DNA of 59,249 bases, the filler included, from Squatina squatina (lineage: Eukaryota): the NCBI GenBank assembly GCA_031763465.1. It is 4 parts of 3 records of this genome, joined end to end, with 100 filler letters (N's around TTAATTAATTAA, not from the genome) between each part and the next. Parts side by side here need not be neighbours in the genome. Positions count along the whole stretch, not along the records: positions 1 to 14,241 come from JARFOE010000046.1; 3 more parts are not named here. One strand, given 5' to 3'. Within the stretch, counting starts at the first letter, position 1. Every line of letters begins with the position of its first letter. The notes below the pieces were generated by a model. That model did no database searches. It worked only from the letters and a program-made list of their open reading frames with translations, and was not told the DNA's origin. Made by a program: the position numbers and the translations under genes. Positions 1-11,918 of the stretch are shown here, piece by piece.

Positions 1-498
1 ATCTGAGCTACGCCCCATCTGATGTTAAAAACTGAAGTAAAAGTTTAGCTCGTACAGCTTTTTTGTTCAAATCAAAATGGTGGACAATGCTCCATTGTCA
101 TTACCATGGCAATATTCCCTGGGCCTACCGCTAGGTAGCTGGACAGATCCCGAGTCAGGCGGTGGGACCATTTAAAACTCAAATCGGGAGCTTATGGCAA
201 ACTTGGGAGACCGATTACTATTTCTGGACTGAATTGGCCAAAGAGGAACTCGAAGGCAAGTTTGTGGGACTGGGAGGATCAGCACTGCTCCTCAAGGCTC
301 CACAAAATGAGCCAGGGCCGCTGCCAATCCAGTTTCTACTCCCCACCCCACCCCCCTTCCTCTTTTCGGACATCGGACCTCCCCCCAGACCAGTCCCTCC
401 CCACTGGAACTACCAGGCATCAGCCCATTGTGTTCTGTCGGCCAGCCACCTCAAGTCTGCCCAGGAGGAAAATTCACCCCATTGTGTGCAACATTTCC

Positions 499-796
499 TA
501 TGATAAATTCCTCTGTCCACATTCTTATAATTGGACCAGAACATGCAAACATAATAAAGTCCCCATTTTATTCCATCCTTTTTTTATATATTTCCATTAT
601 AAGTTCCTGTGTACACATTTATAACGTGAACTGCCTGTATAAAGTCAGCATGCTGTAATTGAACCCACCCACCAATGGAGCAGTGCCACCCCTTGCAGGA
701 GGGGGTAATTACAGCTGACAAGTTTACATAGGTAGTTTCCATTATAAATGTGGACACAGAAATTTATAATGCATTGCATTTAGGGTTAGGGTTAGG
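499..796. repeat. ~30-bp motif in direct and inverted copies with a short TTAGGG tract (MITE-like remnant)
   Basis: CATTATAAGTTCCTGTGTACACATTTATA (595-623) pairs with its reverse complement at 741-771; a third direct copy lies at about 499-530; TTAGGGTTAGGGTTAGG at 780-796. Confidence 0.6.
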
Positions 797-1399
797 TGAC
801 ATCAAGTTAAGGACCGAAGGTATGTATTTAAAATAGGGGCTAAATTATGTCTGTGTGCCCTGGTCCAATTATCCCCTGCCCTCCACCTCACTTCACTTGA
901 AGATTTGACTCCCTGTGTGCAGGTGTAGATTTTTGCGTAAATTAAATATAATAATAGTTTGCAACAAATGATGCTTTTGTTGGAAGTAACAGATGATTTT
1001 AGGATGGAGTTTGTTGTCTGTGCTGCTGTGAGGTGCGGTTGAGCTTGTTCAGACACTTTTAATGGTATCATCAGTTATATGCTTGAAACTTTACTGAGAC
1101 AGTTTCACATTACAGTCCATTATGCCCAATAGTGCAAATAAGAAACCATTACCAAATCCTTTTAAAAATTCCAGTCCCTGCTGTGAATTGAATATGTACT
1201 GGTGAATTGAGCGTGACACCGTACAGAATGTGAAAATTGTGGTTGCCAGCGAATATCGATCAGCTCACTGAACTAGAGGGTCAGACATACATACAAACAT
1301 AATCGGAACTCAGAGAGCTACTCAACCAGTCCTAGGCCCCTTTTCAAAACGATGTTACAATCCTATACCAGGAGTGATGGGAAAAGAAAAAAGACAAAA

Positions 1400-1778
1400 C
1401 TTGTATTTCCAAACCGCCTTTCACCATCTCAGGATGTACCTAGGCACGTCATAGCCAATTAAGCACTTTTGAAGTGTAGTCACTTGTAGGAAACACAGCA
1501 AGCTCCCACGTGCAGCGATATGATAATGACCAGACAATCTGTTTTAATGGTGTTGGTTGAGGGATAAATGTTGGAGAACTCCCTGCTCTTTGAAATATTG
1601 CCGGGTAACGGCAGACAGGGTCTTGATTTAAAACCTCATCCAAAAGATAGCTCCTACAATGCAGCATTCCCTCAGTACTGCACTGGAGTGTCGGCCTAGA
1701 TTTTGTGTACCAGTCTCTGGAGTGGGACTCCAACTTCTGACTCAGGCGAGAATGCTACCACTGAGTCATGGCTGACAC
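1400..1778 (-). mobile_element. tRNA-derived DeuSINE-superfamily SINE (SacSINE1-like), near full length
   Basis: Head (GTGTCAGCCATGACTCAGTGGTAGCATTCTCGCC on the minus strand), central domain and LINE-like tail. The same blocks recur at 3230, 5225, 5600, 9180, 23295, 33470 and 49864. Confidence 0.7.
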
Positions 1779-2842
1779 CTTAGTTGCTGACAGGGCTTGG
1801 TAAGCCAACACAGGACCTATATCCCAGACTCGTGGGGAAAGCTATGGGAGATCCACTGGTTTTTAAAGTAAAAACTGTAAATCTCAACACCCAACTTTCC
1901 CAATGCCCTGCCCCATCAGGAAAACAAATGTGAAGCATATTTAACATACAGGAGGGTCTAATCACGTGTTCTCTTGTGCACTTGAGCAGACTTTCTTGAT
2001 GGTACAGTCTAGTTTATCTTGGGAGCTGCTAGCTGTGGTTTAATTCATCCCTTTCTTCCAGTGCCTTTTCTTTGCCCAGTACTTTGTCTAGTTAANNNNN
2101 NNNNNNNNNNNNNNNNNNNNNNNNNNNNNNNNNNNNNNNNNNNNNNNNNNNNNNNNNNNNNNNNNNNNNNNNNNNNNNNNNNNNNNNNNNNNNNNCAGAA
2201 CTCAAGATCAAAACTACAGCAAAGTCTCCCAATAAAAGCAGGGTGATTTCTCCAGCAAAATGCAATGAATGGAGAATAGTTACAAAATCCAAATTATGTG
2301 TACAAAATCAATTACATTCATTTATAGCAGTGAGGTCTCCAGGCGTGCTTGATGGGGGAATTACCAATCATCTCCATTCTGGCAGGGAATAGCGGTGTCA
2401 CTGTATGCAGCCATCAGCCATACCATCCTCTTCCAGTGTCTCCTCCTGTTCCTCCCCTGCTAGGGAAGCGTGTGGTAGCTCTCCCAAATACCGCCAGGAT
2501 TCTAATTCCCGAAAAACAGGCACACACGCAGACAGTACAAGGGTCAGGTTCATCCCTCTGTGATGCCTTTTGAACTCGCTGTAAAACTAGAGCAACTCAA
2601 CTCACTCCCTGGTTTTTTAAATCACAGCAAGTCTAAGTAGTTAAAAAAAAAACTCAAGTTGATCGGAGAGCTACAAAATATTAAACATTTCTCGGATGAG
2701 TCTATGACTGTTTCAAACAGATGTTTCTGAGTATTATGTGTTGACTGAAAAACGCACCTGCCTCCACACAACATTAGTACCCAGTGCTAATACAGTCATT
2801 TGCTGTTGAATTCTATTTTGTTTTTCTTACATACAGTGTTAA

Positions 2843-3195
<353 letters not shown>

Positions 3196-3229
3196 CATGG
3201 AATGAATGACAGTAAAAAGTACACAGCAC

Positions 3230-3317
3230 CTTTCACAACCTCCCAACAGACAACTCAAAGCGCTTTACACTTTTGAAGTGTAGTCTCAGTTGTAATGTAG
3301 AAAACACAGCAGGTAAT
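3230..3317 (-). mobile_element. DeuSINE-like 3' fragment
   Basis: Shares cacttttgaagtgtagtc...gtagaaaacacagc with the 1400-1778 element. Confidence 0.6.
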
Positions 3318-3417
3318 NNNNNNNNNNNNNNNNNNNNNNNNNNNNNNNNNNNNNNNNNNNNNNNNNNNNNNNNNNNNNNNNNNNNNNNNNNNNNNNNNNN
3401 NNNNNNNNNNNNNNNNN

Positions 3418-3953
3418 GCCCCAGAGTGTGAAAGGACAATGTGTTAACCATTGCAGTCTGCAGTTCCAGAGTGTGAGAGGATCGTGTCTTATTCCATTGC
3501 ACTGTGCAGTCCCAGAGTGCAAAATGCCAGTGTGTTATCCCATTGCACTGTGCAGTCACAGAGTGTGACCGGGCTGTCTCTTGTCCCTATGCACTGTGCA
3601 GATCCAGAGTGTGAAGGGACAGTGTGTTAACCTATTGTAATGGGCAGCCCCCGCGTGCGATAGGATAGTATGTTATCTTATTGCACTGTGTGGTCCCAGG
3701 GTGTAAAAGGGCAATGTGTTGTCCTGTGCACTGTGCAGTCCCAGAGTGTGAAAGGGCTGTGTGCTAACTGATTGCACAGTGCAGTCCCAGAGATTGAAAG
3801 GGCAGTGTGTTAACCAATTGAACTGTGCAGTCCCAGAGTATGAAAGGGCAGTGCATTAGCCCAGTGCACTCTGCAGTCCCAGAGTGTAAAATGGCAGTGT
3901 CTTAACCCATTGCAGTGTACAGTACCAGAGTGTGAAAGGGCAGTATGTTAACC
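3418..3953. repeat. Tandem repeat with a ~46-bp unit, about 11-12 diverged copies
   Basis: Consensus CCCAGAGTGTGAAAGGGCAGTGTGTTAACCCATTGCACTGTGCAGT repeated head-to-tail; the left end runs into an N gap. Confidence 0.92.
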
Positions 3954-4072
3954 GCTGTCCCGTGATAAATAAATAACTTCAATCAGCTGTTTCTGGGCTG
4001 GATGTAAACTGGGACAATTCTACTACGAGCAGATTCTTGCATTGTTTTGTGAATTCATGTGTCACTGCTTAC

Positions 4073-4227
4073 CTTGTTCTCTGGCCTGTTCTTTTATGTT
4101 TTGCCGCTATTTTGTTTGGAGTAGATTTCCTTGGTTGCGCCGTTTTGGCAGGTTTCTCTGTTTTTGCAGGTTCTGCGACATTCTGCTTGTGCTTGTTGGC
4201 ATCCTGTTCGCAAGATGATAAAGTCTT
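4073..4227 (-). CDS. Candidate internal exon encoding a Lys-rich low-complexity peptide, gene unknown
   Basis: Polypyrimidine tract (ttttttcctttctg) with tandem GAG/AAG acceptor, open frame KTLSSCEQDANKHKQNVAEPAKTEKPAKTAQPRKSTPNKIAAKHKRTGQRT, and a strong AAG|GTAAG donor. No homology recognised. Confidence 0.4.
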
Positions 4228-4554
4228 CTCCAGAAAGGAAAAAAATATATATTCTATCAGATTTGTTAGAATAGGTGAAAATATGAAAGTTTATTTTGAA
4301 AAGTGTGAACGGGAGTAAAATCTTACAAATTTGTGTGTTGCATGTGGTCCTGTAATATGGGTGTGCCTTACCTCAGTAAATGAGGGTAGCACTTGTGTAA
4401 TAGGCACATGGGGTACAGTTGAATTTGTATACTGTCTGTACAGGAACAAGACTTCTCTTTGTATGTTATTGAATATAATTGTAAAATACATTTAAGCAAT
4501 GATATTTTTAAAAAGTGTGTCACTTTGATGGCTTTTCATTGTACACAGATCAGT

Positions 4555-4731
4555 CAGCCGTTCCTGCTGATCAACACCAACGAGAACAGGCTGGCTTTCG
4601 CCAACGGCCAGCCCATCCCGCATATCATCAACAACATCTTCGTGCCGACGTTTGGCATGGTGGGCGGCACGGGCAGCACGATATCGCTGCTGATTGCTAT
4701 CTTTATCTTCTCCCGACAAAAATCGGCGAAG
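4555..4731 (+). CDS. Fragment of a bacterial PTS sugar transporter EIIC subunit (cellobiose/chitobiose/lactose family); probable contaminant or chimera
   Basis: Abrupt shift to GC-rich, CpG-rich bacterial-style codons (CCG, GGC, ACG, TCG). 59 uninterrupted codons QPFLLINTNENRLAFANGQPIPHIINNIFVPTFGMVGGTGSTISLLIAIFIFSRQKSAK contain the PHII..F...GG(T/S)G.T..L.IA signature of CelB/ChbC-type EIIC. It ends at an N gap. Confidence 0.85.
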
Positions 4732-5224
4732 NNNNNNNNNNNNNNNNNNNNNNNNNNNNNNNNNNNNNNNNNNNNNNNNNNNNNNNNNNNNNNNNNNNNN
4801 NNNNNNNNNNNNNNNNNNNNNNNNNNNNNNNCTGCGGAGTGCTGCCACGTATAGAGGGCCCTCCCCTTCGTCAAAGGGGACTCTGGATCACTCGGGAGCG
4901 GGGTGCCGTGGCAGCAACCTGGCACACAAGAGGAGTGCCGGGCTGCAAGATCGCGGCACAAACCCCGTGATCGACGACGAAAAAGGTTGGCCTCTTTGTT
5001 TTACAGTCCCCACCTCCCTTTTAATTATCGCCCCGCTAGCGGCCTACAGCTCGCCTGCGGGCAGCTTCAGGGGACGCTGCCGAGTTTCCGCTCTGGGGCA
5101 AAAACAGGTCGCTGCGCAACGTAGGAGCGGGGCGCTACCGGTTACCGCCACCGTTAAACCCCCCTCAGAATTTTGCTTGAGTCAGTAGAGGCAGACGAGA
5201 CCTCAGTATAAGATCTCACCAGAA

Positions 5225-5345
5225 AGATAGCTTCTCCGACCCTGAGCACTGCACTGAAGTGTAAGCCGAGATTATGTGCTTCAAGTCTCTGGAATGGGGC
5301 TCCAACCCACAACATTCTGACTCCAAGTTAAGAGTGCTGCCACGG
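5225..5345 (-). mobile_element. DeuSINE-like 5' (tRNA-head) fragment
   Basis: gcactgcactgaagtgt...caagtctctggaatgggg...ttctgactc matches 1675-1745. Confidence 0.6.
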
Positions 5346-5599
5346 ATAGGAAAAGAACAGATTTGGCAGCGGTAAAGGAGCCATGATTGAAAAGGAAGCA
5401 TTCTTGGGAGGTTTTTGCAGTTAGCAAAGGAAGTAGTAAGGTTTCGAACGAAGGTTCCAGAAACAGAAAACATTGAAATCAATCTCTCGAGACTGGAATA
5501 GTTAGCAGGGTTGTCTTCTCTTAATGAAAATTCGCTTTTTCAATTCTCAGCCTGACTCCTAGGCAATTTCCATTAATGCATTATTCAAAACGTATTTGC

Positions 5600-5880
5600 T
5601 TTCTGTCCTTCAGAAGAGACGTTAAAGCAAGGTTCTGTCTGCCTCTTCCAGGCGAGCAAGTCGACATTAATGACCTACGGCACTATTCAAGTAAGAGCAG
5701 GGATTTCTGCTGGTGTCTTAGCCAACATTCGGAACTCAACCAACAACACCAAAAACAGATTAATTGGCCATTCATCCCACTTGCTATTTGTGGGATCTTG
5801 CTGTGTTTACCCACATAACAAGTGGGTAAATGAACTGCTGTTCCCCACAAAATGCTTTGGGATGTTATGAGAGATATAAG
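5600..5880 (+). mobile_element. DeuSINE-like central domain and tail, diverged
   Basis: Reverse-complement similarity to 1440-1640 (gttaaagcaagg..tctgtctgcc, cactattcaagtaagagcaggg, tttgtgggatcttgctgtg). Confidence 0.55.
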
Positions 5881-6341
5881 AAGATTCTATGTCAATACAA
5901 ATTCTTTTTATAAAAGTAGCTTTTGGAATAGCATGGTCACGTGGTGATAGGTATCATGTTTCATTAGTTGTTTTAATGTTCNNNNNNNNNNNNNNNNNNN
6001 NNNNNNNNNNNNNNNNNNNNNNNNNNNNNNNNNNNNNNNNNNNNNNNNNNNNNNNNNNNNNNNNNNNNNNNNNNNNNNNNNTAGTGATCGATTGGCCTGG
6101 GTGGCCTCCCCCCATCATGATATGGGTTGTGGGAGCCCATAAAACCCTCCGGCCATATAGGACCAACCACCCTATTGACTGTTGTAAAGATGGGTATGGC
6201 CATGGAAGGAGCGGACTATCAGAATGTCCATCAGCCTGCGAATCCTTCCATCACATCACATTATTCTCCAAGGGAAGAACGCAAAGATATAAAGAAACAA
6301 CAACAGCAGCGTTAGTCAAGTTAAAAGTAAAAGAGCCTTAC

Positions 6342-6431
6342 CAAAGCATCAAAGACGAGGATGTCGTACTTCTCCGTGTGGGAATGCTCCATCATGATGT
6401 TGAAGAGTGCATCCAGGGTGTCTTGGAGGAA
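6342..6431 (-). CDS. DOCK2: DOCK2 internal coding exon (region just after the C2/DHR-1 domain)
   Basis: 90-nt exon bounded by ttgcAG and GTaag on the minus strand. It translates to [30 protein letters not shown], matching recalled DOCK2 ([30 protein letters not shown]). Confidence 0.93.
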
Positions 6432-6724
6432 CTGCAATTGTGCACAGTGACGGATGAGACATTGATTTATTTTGACATTGAGCATTCTTTACCCCTTGCA
6501 ACCTCTAAGAGATGCGCCAGCACATGCTTGGGTGTTGCTAAAAATTTCCAAAGGTGGGAACCGTACCACTTGGGAATAACAAACTGAGCTTGCAAGCTCT
6601 TCCCTGCAGTAAATGAATGCTCTGTGCAGATGATGTCCATCTCCCAGAATACTGAAGCACATTACTTGTCGATTTGAATAAGATGTTCCTATTTACTTAC
6701 TCGACTTTACTAGTTAAAGGGTGT

Positions 6725-6900
6725 AGAACCTTTGGCAGCAGGAGTATGCCATTCAGCCCCTCGGGCCTGCTACTCAATTCAATCAGATCTGGCGGATCTA
6801 TACCTCAACTCTATTTCCCGCCTTTGCTCCATATACTTTGATACCCTTGCGTAACAAAAATCTACCAAACTCAATTTTGAAAGGTCCAATTGTACCATTA
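6725..6900 (-). mobile_element. CR1 LINE 3' end
   Basis: gcaggagtatgccattcagcccctcgggcctg is the reverse complement of the CR1 tail at 29745-29780; minus-strand peptide FKIEFGRFLLRKGIKVYG. Confidence 0.8.
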
Positions 6901-7649
6901 TTGNNNNNNNNNNNNNNNNNNNNNNNNNNNNNNNNNNNNNNNNNNNNNNNNNNNNNNNNNNNNNNNNNNNNNNNNNNNNNNNNNNNNNNNNNNNNNNNNN
7001 NNNGTGCGTGAGGAGTGAAAGGGTGCATTTATCTACTTTTTTGTCTGATTATGCCTCTTTCAAGCACCTTGGAATATCTAGATGAAAAAATGCCATATTA
7101 ATAAAGGTGCAATATAAATGCAAGTTGCTGTACTTACACTCTTGTGATGATCTGTGTCTAAACATAAACCTCAGGTGTATTCTTTGCATTTCTTCCAACG
7201 GAATGGCTACCTAGTAATGGACAGGTACATGAGTAAATCAGTCAGCGATTATACATAATAAATTTACCATGATAATTAAGGTGCAATGTTGCACTTAGGT
7301 TGTTACATTTTCCAAATGACTCCCTTTACTTAATGCTCTCAGTACTCACTGGTTCAAGCCTGTGTTGTGAAGATATCTCTTCCTGTTAAGGATAATGGGT
7401 TAAGAATTGTAATGAAAAGCTCTTGTATAAAGCCCACGCATTGGCTGGGAACATCCTCGGATTTGCTCCCACTCCCCCGCCGAAAATGCAGCGGACACAT
7501 AATTACTTGTGTAAGCAGGGTTTCCGCCACACATCTGGTGAAATTACAGTGATGCAGCAGGATGCAGCTGCAAAAATTATGTTTTGCGTTTGATTTTTTT
7601 TGGCTACATACCACTAGTCACTACAGTTCAAAAGTAATGCACTATGGTT

Positions 7650-7730
7650 TTTTTTATTCGTTCCTGGGATGTAGGGCGTCACTGGCGAGGCCAGCATTTA
7701 TTGCCCATCCGTAATTGCCCTGGAGAAGGT
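7650..7730. mobile_element. Terminal fragment of a retroelement (family uncertain)
   Basis: TTTTATTCGTTCCTGGGATGTAGGGCGTCACTGGCGAGGCCAGCATTTATTGCCCATCC resembles a recalled high-copy shark repeat end; truncated by a gap. Confidence 0.5.
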
Positions 7731-8083
7731 NNNNNNNNNNNNNNNNNNNNNNNNNNNNNNNNNNNNNNNNNNNNNNNNNNNNNNNNNNNNNNNNNNNNNN
7801 NNNNNNNNNNNNNNNNNNNNNNNNNNNNNNTGCTTCATTTTTGATGTCACACTGAGGACAGGATTGGCCTTGGATATGATTCCTAAAGCCCCTGGGTGAA
7901 ATCATCTACTGGCCCCTGCTGTCTGGGGTTACACACAATCCACTTGAATAAAGTCACGGAGGATCAGCCCTCAAACCATTCCCCAGGGCACCTTCAAGAG
8001 AACAGTGAACTTTGAACCTCACTGTGCCCTCTCTGCCAGCTGTCATTACTCATCCATATTCATTCCTGAGAAGAAATTCTTAC

Positions 8084-8208
8084 CGGAGTAATTTTACCAT
8101 CTTCACTGCAGACACACATTATCACTTCCACATTTTTCTGTGTGGTCTTGTTGTACTTGTCAAAGTCTCCGTACTGGATGGTGATGTAAATGTCATTCCT
8201 AACATCGC
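8084..8208 (-). CDS. DOCK2: DOCK2 internal coding exon (start of the C2/DHR-1 domain)
   Basis: 125-nt exon with ctgcAG acceptor and GTaag donor. It translates to (G)[41 protein letters not shown]. The DKYNKTTQ and EVIMCVC motifs fit DOCK2 rather than DOCK1. Confidence 0.93.
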
Positions 8209-9179
8209 CTGCAGTGGAATGAAACAGAGGAATATCCTGTGATGAGCAGTTTTGCAATATTTCGGGATGTGAGAACAGATTTGTGGTGAAAGAAAAGGCC
8301 ATTGAGTCTCTAACATACCTCACCCTTCAGCTCTTCATTCTAGGCATTGGAAAGGTGTTACAAACTAGTGCTCCCAGTGCAGAGCTATGTGTGACAGGAG
8401 CCAATTATCGGTAACTCAAGCACAGAGACCAGCACAGCCCACACTGTTTTCAGGGCAGAGTACTAATGCATAAACCCTGTTTCCACTTCTCTCTGAATCC
8501 ATTCCTTTTTAAGTGTGCCAGGTTATTCCTTAATATGATTTTTTGCCCAAGGTTTTCTGAACTTATCGTCCTCTCTGTCTAACAGAAATTCCTTTCCTCA
8601 TCCACTCCAACTGTTTCCTCTGCGTCACTAACACATCCTGTCCCTTCATTATCAATGTTGGCAGAAAGTTCTCTCAGTGTACAAAAGCTGTTGTGATGTG
8701 GAAGAATCCTAATGAAAAGGATCAGGTGCTGCGGTGGGCAAATAGTTACTGACCCCGAAGAGGACTAGGTCTGAATCGGTCAGGTTTAAAAAAGAACACC
8801 ACCAACTGAATGGTGTCCTCGCGCCGTGACTGTAACAATGCTTGACGTTCTAATCTAGTCCCCTGCGGATGAGAATAAATCCCCTTGTCAGATTTAGAAA
8901 GAACACGTGAGCATAGGTCAGGCTTGAGAAGCCAGCCAAATGACGTCAAATTCACAGCTGCTCCAAATAATTTCACAACAGGCAGGATTGTGGCCACCTG
9001 TAGCCTCAGCTGCATCAGACTAATAACTGCATCTTCTGAAAGGTGCAGGCTTTGACATACAGAGTTTCCAAGCNNNNNNNNNNNNNNNNNNNNNNNNNNN
9101 NNNNNNNNNNNNNNNNNNNNNNNNNNNNNNNNNNNNNNNNNNNNNNNNNNNNNNNNNNNNNNNNNNNNNNNNNAGGCCA

Positions 9180-9500
9180 GCGCTCAAGTAGAGTACTAAG
9201 GAAGAGTTACATTGTTGTAAGTTCTGACCTCTGGGCAAGACAATAAACTGAGGTCCCATCTGCCTGTTCTGATGGATATTAACGATCCCTTGGCACTACT
9301 CGAAGAAGAACAGAAAGTTCTCCCGGTGTCCTGGCTCACGCTCCTCCCTCAATCAATGCCACCAAAAGCAGACTAACTGGGAAGTGCTGTGTGAAACCGG
9401 TCATGATTGTCTGCCCAACAACAGTCTCCGCACTTCAGACTAATTTATGGTGTGTCAAACACTCTGCTGTTTCTGAGAAATCCAATGAAGTGCGAGACAA
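9180..9500 (+). mobile_element. DeuSINE-like element, diverged
   Basis: gtactaaggaagag...gaggtcccatctgcc...ggcactactcgaagaagaacag...gttctcccggtgtcctggc...cacttcag matches the other copies. Confidence 0.6.
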
Positions 9501-10092
9501 TGTTTTAAAATTAATAGGTAATTTTAATAATACATTAACTGATTTTAATACAGTGCGCAAATAAGACAGGAAGTAAGACCCACGTAGCATGATTAAAAGG
9601 ATTAATTACCTTGACCCTTTTCATCTCCTGTTTTGGTAGAAATGACTCTATTAAGTAGAGAGTGCAGAAAATCATTCTCTGCTACAAATCTGCAATAAGT
9701 AATATAATTAAAATTAGTGAAATGCAAAGCCTGGAGATTTCAAAAGTCAAATAATTATTTGACGCAAAGGATTAAATGTGAAGATGCCTGTAAGCATCAT
9801 CATGACCTTTACAACAACTGTAAACAGTGTGTGTGTTACACCTTGTACCTTAAAATCATAAAAACGTTCCGACTGATTTCACTAGAAATACGGAACCAAA
9901 GAAAATCATCACAAGATAGTGGCAGTGTCGTTAGCAAATATCAGCCGAAAGGAAACTTTACAATCGATTTCTTGCTCAAAGGGACATGATTATCAAAAAC
10001 CCATGAAGCAATCTGGTTCACCCTATCGGAAACAAACAAGGAACTGCCCCCTCACTTTCTATGCAATGTATTGTATAAAATAGTTTGACTTA

Positions 10093-10296
<204 letters not shown>

Positions 10297-11705
10297 TCAG
10301 GTACAACAGTCAACCAGCCTTAGCAATGCTCTCAAGTGCAATACTGCCATAATCAAGCATTGTCAAAATAGAAATACAGCACCTATACCTCNNNNNNNNN
10401 NNNNNNNNNNNNNNNNNNNNNNNNNNNNNNNNNNNNNNNNNNNNNNNNNNNNNNNNNNNNNNNNNNNNNNNNNNNNNNNNNNNNNNNNNNNTCTAATGCA
10501 GAGACAGAGCTCCAAATTGCCAGGCGGCTGCTTGTTTTTTTTTGTGTGTTGGTTAGAAATCGCAGAGCAGCGTTCAGCTTAGAGACGTGTGTGCATGAAA
10601 TGAACAATACAAACATTCCTACAAGGAACTAAGGCAGTGCCGCCAGCAAGGCCAGGGGGTTGATTACAGGCGGGCGGGTTATTACAGGGCCTGTCCCTTG
10701 ACATTACATAAAATCCAGTGCCTCATGTTTACACACAAGAGGGGCAGAAACTGAAAGTTGAAGCAGAGTCAGCGCGGAGCGTACGTCTGACGTTGAAGCG
10801 GGCGGAGAGAGAGAGAGAGAGGAAGTGGGAAGATGTATCGCTGGGATGTGAATTTCCCGTGAGATCAGAGCAAGGTTATGGGAAACAAGGCCGCGATTAT
10901 CATGGAAGAGAACACTATTTTTTGGGATTATCCGATGCGTTCATGTTGCACCAAAAAAAACAGAAAAGCAGAGAGCGCTTATCCGCTTTAGAAATTTCCG
11001 TCCAACTCCCAGCAGCTAAAAGGAGAACCTGTCACAGTCTGACATTTCTTTCTGACACTCCCCTCTTACCTGCCACTTGCTCATCGAATATTCTCAAAGC
11101 GGACGAACAGCGGTCACCCCTCATCCCAATTCTTGACATATGAGCAGCTCAACTTAAATACATTCGAGTCATCTTGTGTTGTATTCTGCGGTCCCCTTCC
11201 ATCGCCCCCCCCCCGCTCCCAGCTCGCATTACCTGAGGGCTCAGGGACTCTCACCTGACTGTTTCTAATGAACTTGCAATTTCATGCAGTTTCCGCTCCC
11301 CCACCCCCCCGATATTAAAAAAAATCACACTGGAAAATGATTAAAGGTGAAATTACTAAACCAACAAAAACTGCAAAGGGGAAATGGAACGCTGCCTCCC
11401 ACGGGATGAGACTGAGCTGTGAAAAGTTTCGTACCAGACTATATCCTTAACGGTGTGATTGTCAAATAGGAAGGTGCGCTCCGGTTGGGGCGTGAGTGTG
11501 TCTGACAATACGCAGCATTTGTTTTTAGAAATGAGGGAGGGAGGGGATCTCCCGGGGGCGGGGAATATGAAGGGGAGTCATACCTATTGTTTCCATTAAA
11601 GGTTANNNNNNNNNNNNNNNNNNNNNNNNNNNNNNNNNNNNNNNNNNNNNNNNNNNNNNNNNNNNNNNNNNNNNNNNNNNNNNNNNNNNNNNNNNNNNNN
11701 NNNNN

Positions 11706-11882
11706 ACAGGGCTTTCAGCGGAGTGCCATCGAGGAACGCGCCTCCCTGCGAGAATTTTAGAAGGGAAAAGTACAAACAGCTCGGCCTCGCCCGCGATTGG
11801 GGGGCTGCAGGAGCCACTGCTCCTCTCCCCTAACTCGGCTCAGCAAGGAGGAGCTGCCGGTTGTCGCCACTCTGTGATCGAT

Positions 11883-11918
<36 letters not shown>

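Noticed and set aside
3418-3953. CRISPR-like regularly spaced repeats
   Set aside because: Units are contiguous head-to-tail with no unique spacers, there are no cas genes, and the context is vertebrate. It is a minisatellite.
5889-6587. 232-aa plus-strand ORF
   Set aside because: It spans an N gap and is the antisense shadow of the DOCK2 exon.
8582-8708. Minus-strand acceptor followed by ILPHHNSFCTLRELSANIDNEGTG...RNFC* as a terminal exon
   Set aside because: It lies in the same contig, under 0.4 kb upstream of an internal DOCK2 exon, and has no recognised homology. Probably a chance intronic frame.
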